Assembly: GCA_902604945.1 (NCBI GenBank)
Contig: CACLAG010000002.1
Span: forward strand, 3,893-67,892
Length of the DNA stretch: 64,000 nucleotides
Direction of reading: 5' to 3'
DNA from: an uncultured SAR92 cluster bacterium
GTDB lineage: Bacteria; Pseudomonadota; Gammaproteobacteria; Pseudomonadales; Porticoccaceae
In this document: in pieces, positions 59,300 to 64,000 of the stretch
How the letters are laid out: each line of letters opens with the position of its first letter
Position numbering within the stretch: the first letter of the stretch is position 1
Notes under the pieces: model-generated
Told to the model about the DNA's origin: nothing
The model's input: the letters and a program-made list of their open reading frames with translations, nothing else
Database searches by the model: none
Made by a program: the position numbers and the translations under genes

Positions 59300-60844
59300 A
59301 TGATTATTTTTTTTAGATTTACAAAATTTCTTTTCACATTCTTTTTAATGGCTTCGTTTAGTATGCTCTCTTTGTTCTCAAGCATAGGGCTTGAGGGCGG
59401 TTTTGCGGTTGCGCAAGAGGAAGAGGAGAAAAAGTATAAAAATGTTGAGACACGAAAGAGAGAGTCTGTCGGGAAGACATGCGGCAGTGCCCTTGATAAG
59501 GTAAGAGGCGAAAAAGGACCTATCTTTTTGGCACAAGCTGCTGAAGAAGCTGCGGCCGCTGCAGAGAGCTCAAATAATAAAGCGGAAGAGGCTATTAACG
59601 CTGCTAAAACCAAAGCTGAAAAGACGTTGCTTCAGCAGCAATATAAGGATCAGAAAGTTTCTGCGTCAGTAATAAGTAGATATCTCAGAGATTCACAGCG
59701 ATTATGGAAAGATGGAGAAAAAGCACTTTTAAACATTGAGTCCAGGGCAAAAACCTGTGCTTCAGATTATGAGCAAATTCAAGTTTGGAACATGCTTGCA
59801 TACACAAAGTATTCCCTTGACGATTTCCCTGGTGCTACGCGATATTACGAGAAGATTGTTAACGCACCGGGTGAGGATGACGCATTTCGATTAGATACTA
59901 GGAGAACGCTTGCACAGTTTTATGCGCAGGCGGAGAGATATTCAGAATCCATTGAGCAATACGAGATTTGGTCCGACCGAGCTTTTAGTGTTGGAGCAAC
60001 TGATCGTCTCATGATGGCTCAGCTATATAGTATATTAAAAAGAAAGGATAAAGCCCTGGAGATGGCAGCTATTGGAATTTCCGAAGCGGAAGCCAAAGGA
60101 GAAGTTCCAAAAGAGGGTTTCTGGCAGGTCCAAGTCCCTATTTATTATGATCGAGCGCAATACAAGACGGTCGGTACAGTGCTTGAGAGTTTGGTTAAAT
60201 TTTATCCAAAGTGGACTTATTGGAAACAGTTAGGTGGTATGTATGGTATGCAGGAGAGAGAGATGGATAACCTTGTGTCTTATGAGGTTGTTTATCTAAA
60301 CGATCAGCTAACTTCTGAGACTGATATCCTACAAATGGCTTATTTTTATCTAGGTGCAGAGGTTCCCTATCGCGCAGCTAAAATTATCAAAAAAGGTATG
60401 ACAGATGGAATTATAGAAAAAACTGCCAAAAATTATAAAACTTTGGCGGACTCTTGGTATCAGGCTAGTGAATTGCAGCAAGCCCTTGGTGCTTACGAGC
60501 GGGCTTCAAAATTATCGGATACTGGAGAAATACAATTTCGAATCGCTTCAATTTACTTGGACTTGGGTCAAGACAAAAAAGCATATGATGCCTCTTTGAA
60601 GGCAGAGCGAAAAGGAGCAGGAAAAAATACTGCCTCAAACTATAACAAAATGGGTAGTGCGCTGATAAACATGTACTGTTTCAGAGACGCTGTTAAGGCA
60701 TTTAATAAAGCTGTTAAATCGTCCAAGGATAAGAAAAGCCAGAGATATCCGAGACAATGGATCAAGTACGCGAATTTTGAAGATGATCGCTACCGAAAGC
60801 TAAGAGATGCTGGGGCAACTGTCAGGAGTTGCGGAAAAGCTTAG
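59300..60844 (+). CDS. Tetratricopeptide-repeat protein (TtpD-like, last gene of the TonB2-type cluster)
   Basis: 514 aa. Signal peptide, charged Ala/Glu/Lys-rich segment, then TPR-like repeats. Confidence 0.7.
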   Translation: MIIFFRFTKFLFTFFLMASFSMLSLFSSIGLEGGFAVAQEEEEKKYKNVETRKRESVGKTCGSALDKVRGEKGPIFLAQAAEEAAAAAESSNNKAEEAINAAKTKAEKTLLQQQYKDQKVSASVISRYLRDSQRLWKDGEKALLNIESRAKTCASDYEQIQVWNMLAYTKYSLDDFPGATRYYEKIVNAPGEDDAFRLDTRRTLAQFYAQAERYSESIEQYEIWSDRAFSVGATDRLMMAQLYSILKRKDKALEMAAIGISEAEAKGEVPKEGFWQVQVPIYYDRAQYKTVGTVLESLVKFYPKWTYWKQLGGMYGMQEREMDNLVSYEVVYLNDQLTSETDILQMAYFYLGAEVPYRAAKIIKKGMTDGIIEKTAKNYKTLADSWYQASELQQALGAYERASKLSDTGEIQFRIASIYLDLGQDKKAYDASLKAERKGAGKNTASNYNKMGSALINMYCFRDAVKAFNKAVKSSKDKKSQRYPRQWIKYANFEDDRYRKLRDAGATVRSCGKA

Positions 60845-60854
60845 TTTCGACACT

Positions 60855-62696
60855 TTATTCAAGCTGAGAAAGATCTCTTACTGCTCCTTTGTCAGCGCTA
60901 GTGGCGAGTTTGCTATAGGCTTTCAGAGCAGGCGTTATATTTCGTGGCCTGAAATTTTTTGGCTTCCAACCTTGAGAATCTGCGCTTTTTCTTCGTTCTT
61001 TTAGCGCTTGATCTGAGATAACAAGCTCGATAGTCCTTTTGGGAATATTGATTTTGATTAAGTCGCCATTCTCTACTAGACCAATATTCCCGCCAGCTGC
61101 TGCTTCTGGGCTCACATGACCTATTGATAGACCTGATGTGCCGCCAGAGAAGCGGCCATCGGTTATGAGTGCACAAGCCGCACCCAGATTTTTTGATTTT
61201 AGGTAGCTTGTTGGATAAAGCATTTCCTGCATTCCAGGTCCTCCTTTTGGCCCTTCATATCTGACAACAATAATTTGCCCTGGACTTATTTGATTAGTTA
61301 AAATTAGGTCTACAGCTTCATCTTGGCTTTCTGCAACCACTGCTGAGCCCTCAAAAACAAAAATTGAGTCATCGACTCCCGCGGTTTTAACTACACATCC
61401 ATCAGGCGCTAAATTCCCTTTAAGAATTGCCAGGCCACCTTCGAGGCTATATGCATTCTCAAAATTTCGAATACAGCCATTATCTCTATCGGCATCAACA
61501 GATTGCCATCTTGTACTTTGGCTGAATGCGGTTTGTGTGGGTATGCCAGCAGGTCCTGCTTTATAGAAATCGATAACTTCTGTTTCTCGAGTAACCATCA
61601 CATCCCATCTCGCCAAAGCGGCGTTCATAGATGTCGAATGAACGGTTGGTAGCTCACCATGTATCAAACCTGCTCTGTTTAACTCTCCAAGGATACCCAT
61701 CACTCCACCGGCTCGGTGCACATCTTCCATATGATAGTTTGGTGTACTAGGAGCGACTTTGCACAACTGCGGTATATTTCTGGATAATCTGTCAATATCA
61801 TTCAAATCAAAATCAATCATACCTTCCTGAACAGCAGCTAGTAAGTGCAAGATTGTGTTTGTAGAACCACCCATTGCGATATCAAGAGTCATTGCATTTT
61901 CGAAGGCTTTAAAATTAGCTATTGATCGCGGCAGCACTGATTCATCATCTTGTTCATAGTATCTTTTGGCTATCGAGACAATGGTTCTGCCCGCTTCTAG
62001 AAATAGCTCTCTTCGGTCTGAGTGTGTTGCGAGCAGTGAGCCGTTTCCAGGCAACGACAGTCCGAGAGCTTCTGTTAAACAATTCATCGAATTTGCTGTA
62101 AACATGCCAGAGCACGAGCCACAAGTCGGACAAGCAGATCTTTCATACTCCTCTACTTTTTCATCACTTGCGGTATCGTCCACTGCAATTACCATTGCAT
62201 CAACCAGATCAAGTTTATGATCGGCTAATTTAGTTTTGCCCGCCTCCATTGGACCGCCGGAGACGAAAATTGTTGGAATATTAAGACGCATTGCAGCCAT
62301 TAACATTCCAGGCGTGATTTTGTCGCAATTTGAAATACAGACAATAGCATCAGCACAATGTGCATTTACCATATACTCTACAGAGTCAGCAATCACATCT
62401 CTTGAAGGGAGCGAGTAAAGCATTCCGTCATGCCCCATTGCTATGCCATCATCTACAGCGATAGTATTAAATTCTCTTGCTATTCCTCCTGCTTTCGCTA
62501 TTTCTCCAGCTACAAGGTCGCCCATATCTTTCAGATGAACGTGCCCAGGGACAAATTGAGTGTAAGAATTAGAGATTGCAATTAGTGGTTTATCAAAATC
62601 TTCATCTTTTAAACCGGTAGCGCGCCAAAGAGCTCTTGCACCGGCCATATTTTTGCCCTTCATTGTTGTATGAGATCTATATTTAGGCATCTTCAA
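60855..62696 (-). CDS. ilvD: Dihydroxy-acid dehydratase
   Basis: 613 aa. [16 protein letters not shown] and TDGRFSGG motifs. Confidence 0.96.
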   Translation of the reverse strand: MKMPKYRSHTTMKGKNMAGARALWRATGLKDEDFDKPLIAISNSYTQFVPGHVHLKDMGDLVAGEIAKAGGIAREFNTIAVDDGIAMGHDGMLYSLPSRDVIADSVEYMVNAHCADAIVCISNCDKITPGMLMAAMRLNIPTIFVSGGPMEAGKTKLADHKLDLVDAMVIAVDDTASDEKVEEYERSACPTCGSCSGMFTANSMNCLTEALGLSLPGNGSLLATHSDRRELFLEAGRTIVSIAKRYYEQDDESVLPRSIANFKAFENAMTLDIAMGGSTNTILHLLAAVQEGMIDFDLNDIDRLSRNIPQLCKVAPSTPNYHMEDVHRAGGVMGILGELNRAGLIHGELPTVHSTSMNAALARWDVMVTRETEVIDFYKAGPAGIPTQTAFSQSTRWQSVDADRDNGCIRNFENAYSLEGGLAILKGNLAPDGCVVKTAGVDDSIFVFEGSAVVAESQDEAVDLILTNQISPGQIIVVRYEGPKGGPGMQEMLYPTSYLKSKNLGAACALITDGRFSGGTSGLSIGHVSPEAAAGGNIGLVENGDLIKINIPKRTIELVISDQALKERRKSADSQGWKPKNFRPRNITPALKAYSKLATSADKGAVRDLSQLE

Positions 62697-62972
62697 GCTT
62701 AACGTTCGTTGAGATCTGTTCCATAATCGACCTACTTGTTTATTATGAAATTCAAATTATGTTTTGGTTGGTGATGAGTATACCTTGGGTTGAGTTGTCT
62801 GGGAAATTAGATATCGTTGCTGTAACGATTGAATTATATTAGTTCTTAAAACTAGATAACTTGAATTTGTTATGGTGTACACATCATATTCATGAGTACT
62901 TTGATTTTTACCATGATTTCCTGACTAATATATCTTATTATCAGGGATCTGAAGATCTATTAAGGAAAAAAA

Positions 62973-63905
62973 ATGTCATTTGCGGACAGAGATGGTTTTA
63001 TCTGGATGGACGGTGTCCTCACCGACTGGAGGGATGCTAAAACCCACTTTTTAACTCATTCTTTACACTATGGATTATCAGTTTTTGAGGGAGTCCGCGC
63101 CTATCAAACTAAAAAAAACGGCACGTGTATATTCAGATTAAAGGATCATACTCGTCGTTTATTTGATTCAGCTAAGATTCTTCAATTAGAGGTGCCTTAT
63201 TCTCAAGACGAAATTAACCAAGCTCAACTTGAAGTAGTCAAGGTAAATGATCTTCAAGAGGCTTACATTAGACCGTTAGTATTTCTCGGATCACAGGGAA
63301 TGGGGTTGAGAGCAAAAGACCTTAAGGTCCATGTAGGGATCGCTGCGTGGGAGTGGCCTTCATATATGTCTCCCGAATCTCTTGAAGTTGGCATAAAAGT
63401 TCGCACATCCTCATATACTCGACATCATGTAAATATTACTATGTGCAAAGCAAAGGCGAGTGGCAACTATATTAATTCAATGATGGCATTGAGGGAGGCT
63501 CTTGATTCTGGATGCGATGAGGCAATGATGCTGGACACTGAGGGCTTTGTTGCTGAAGGTAGTGGAGAAAACTTTTTTATGGTGAAAAATGGAGTTATAT
63601 ATACTCCAGAGTTAACTTCTTGTCTGAATGGTATAACGCGAGATACTATTTTTTCATTTGCTGCAGATCAAGGGATACGGGTTTGTGAAAAAAGAATTAC
63701 CAGAGACGATGTTTATATATGTGACGAGGCCTTTTTTACGGGCACGGCAGCCGAGGTTGTTCCTATAAAGGAATATGATGGTCGTACCATTGGTTCCGGC
63801 AAGCGAGGCAGTGTAACTGAAGCACTTCAGACTAAATATTTTGATGTCGTTAAAGGAAATAATCCAGATTATGATGATTGGCTAGAGCCAGTTGGAAAAA
63901 CCTAA
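62973..63905 (+). CDS. ilvE: Branched-chain amino acid aminotransferase
   Basis: 310 aa. Fold-type IV PLP enzyme motifs (HYGLSVFEG, EGSGENFF, GITRDT). Confidence 0.93.
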   Translation: MSFADRDGFIWMDGVLTDWRDAKTHFLTHSLHYGLSVFEGVRAYQTKKNGTCIFRLKDHTRRLFDSAKILQLEVPYSQDEINQAQLEVVKVNDLQEAYIRPLVFLGSQGMGLRAKDLKVHVGIAAWEWPSYMSPESLEVGIKVRTSSYTRHHVNITMCKAKASGNYINSMMALREALDSGCDEAMMLDTEGFVAEGSGENFFMVKNGVIYTPELTSCLNGITRDTIFSFAADQGIRVCEKRITRDDVYICDEAFFTGTAAEVVPIKEYDGRTIGSGKRGSVTEALQTKYFDVVKGNNPDYDDWLEPVGKT

Positions 63906-63926
63906 TTACATTCAGGAACATGCTTA

Positions 63927-64000
63927 GTGGGTGATGATAAAAAGGGTAAAGTTAACATCCTTTGTATGAAGTGGGGTGATAAATACCAAGCTAAATACGT
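63927..64000 (+). CDS. Start of an unidentified ORF running off the right edge
   Basis: GTG at 63927, 8 nt after AGGAA. Translation MGDDKKGKVNILCMKWGDKYQAKY. Only 24 codons are visible, so I cannot assign a family. Confidence 0.3.
   Translation, partial: MGDDKKGKVNILCMKWGDKYQAKY

Noticed and set aside
59552-59559. GCGGCCGC (NotI site) within a GC-rich patch in an AT-rich genome
   Set aside because: It is explained by a run of Ala codons (AEEAAAAAES) in the TPR protein. It is not an independent element.
1-64000. Whole-window scan for tRNA/rRNA genes, CRISPR repeats, IS/transposase/integrase genes, phage or defence-system genes, and long direct or inverted repeats
   Set aside because: None found by eye. 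Spacers of 72-73 nt (22010-22081, 24387-24459) lack tRNA T-loop/acceptor features. No spaced repeat arrays were seen. A computational repeat and tRNA scan would be needed to be certain.

Overview
This is an AT-rich, very tightly packed chromosomal core segment. The donor is probably a streamlined marine gammaproteobacterium; that is inferred from gene content and Pseudomonas/E. coli-like synteny, not from any search. I call 72 CDS, two of them cut by the window edges.

Gene order, left to right:
- trkH-trkA-rsmB-fmt-def (minus strand), then purE-tsaC-hemF-aroE.
- A gamma-carbonic-anhydrase-like gene and yheV.
- An aa3-type cytochrome c oxidase cluster with assembly genes: coxB-coxA-ctaG-coxC, a small membrane protein, SURF1, an uncharacterised CxxxC protein, ctaB and SCO.
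- zur, polA, engB, cytochrome c4-dsbA, serC-serA.
- A FabY-class ketoacyl synthase and a secreted S1 protease.
- rsmE-ahcY-metK-sahR (minus strand), then tktA-epd-pgk and a fatty-acid-hydroxylase-family membrane protein.
- recG, an SDR, ridA-spoT-rpoZ-gmk, a thioesterase plus a small secreted protein.
- yicC, rph-pyrE, slmA-coaBC, rpmB-rpmG, cspA.
- An FAD oxidase, an FAH-family protein, DUF1653-arfB, rppH, lgt-thyA-folA.
- A six-gene TonB2-type cluster, then ilvD and ilvE.

I found no rRNA, tRNA, CRISPR array, IS element, integrase, phage gene or recognisable defence gene. I do not see a convincing novel multi-gene system here.

The best leads are small-scale:
1. A sigma-E-type promoter and a hairpin-bounded transcript of about 105 nt in the polA-engB spacer. 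This is the locus that holds Spot 42 in E. coli and ErsA in Pseudomonas.
2. Two near-perfect Zur-box palindromes in front of an orphan zur.
3. A sahR-metK-ahcY methyl-cycle unit.
4. A cox cluster that lacks heme A synthase but keeps an uncharacterised thioredoxin-like CxxxC protein.
5. A DUF1653 gene translationally coupled to arfB.

All family assignments come from motif recognition in the supplied translations. None was verified by a database search.
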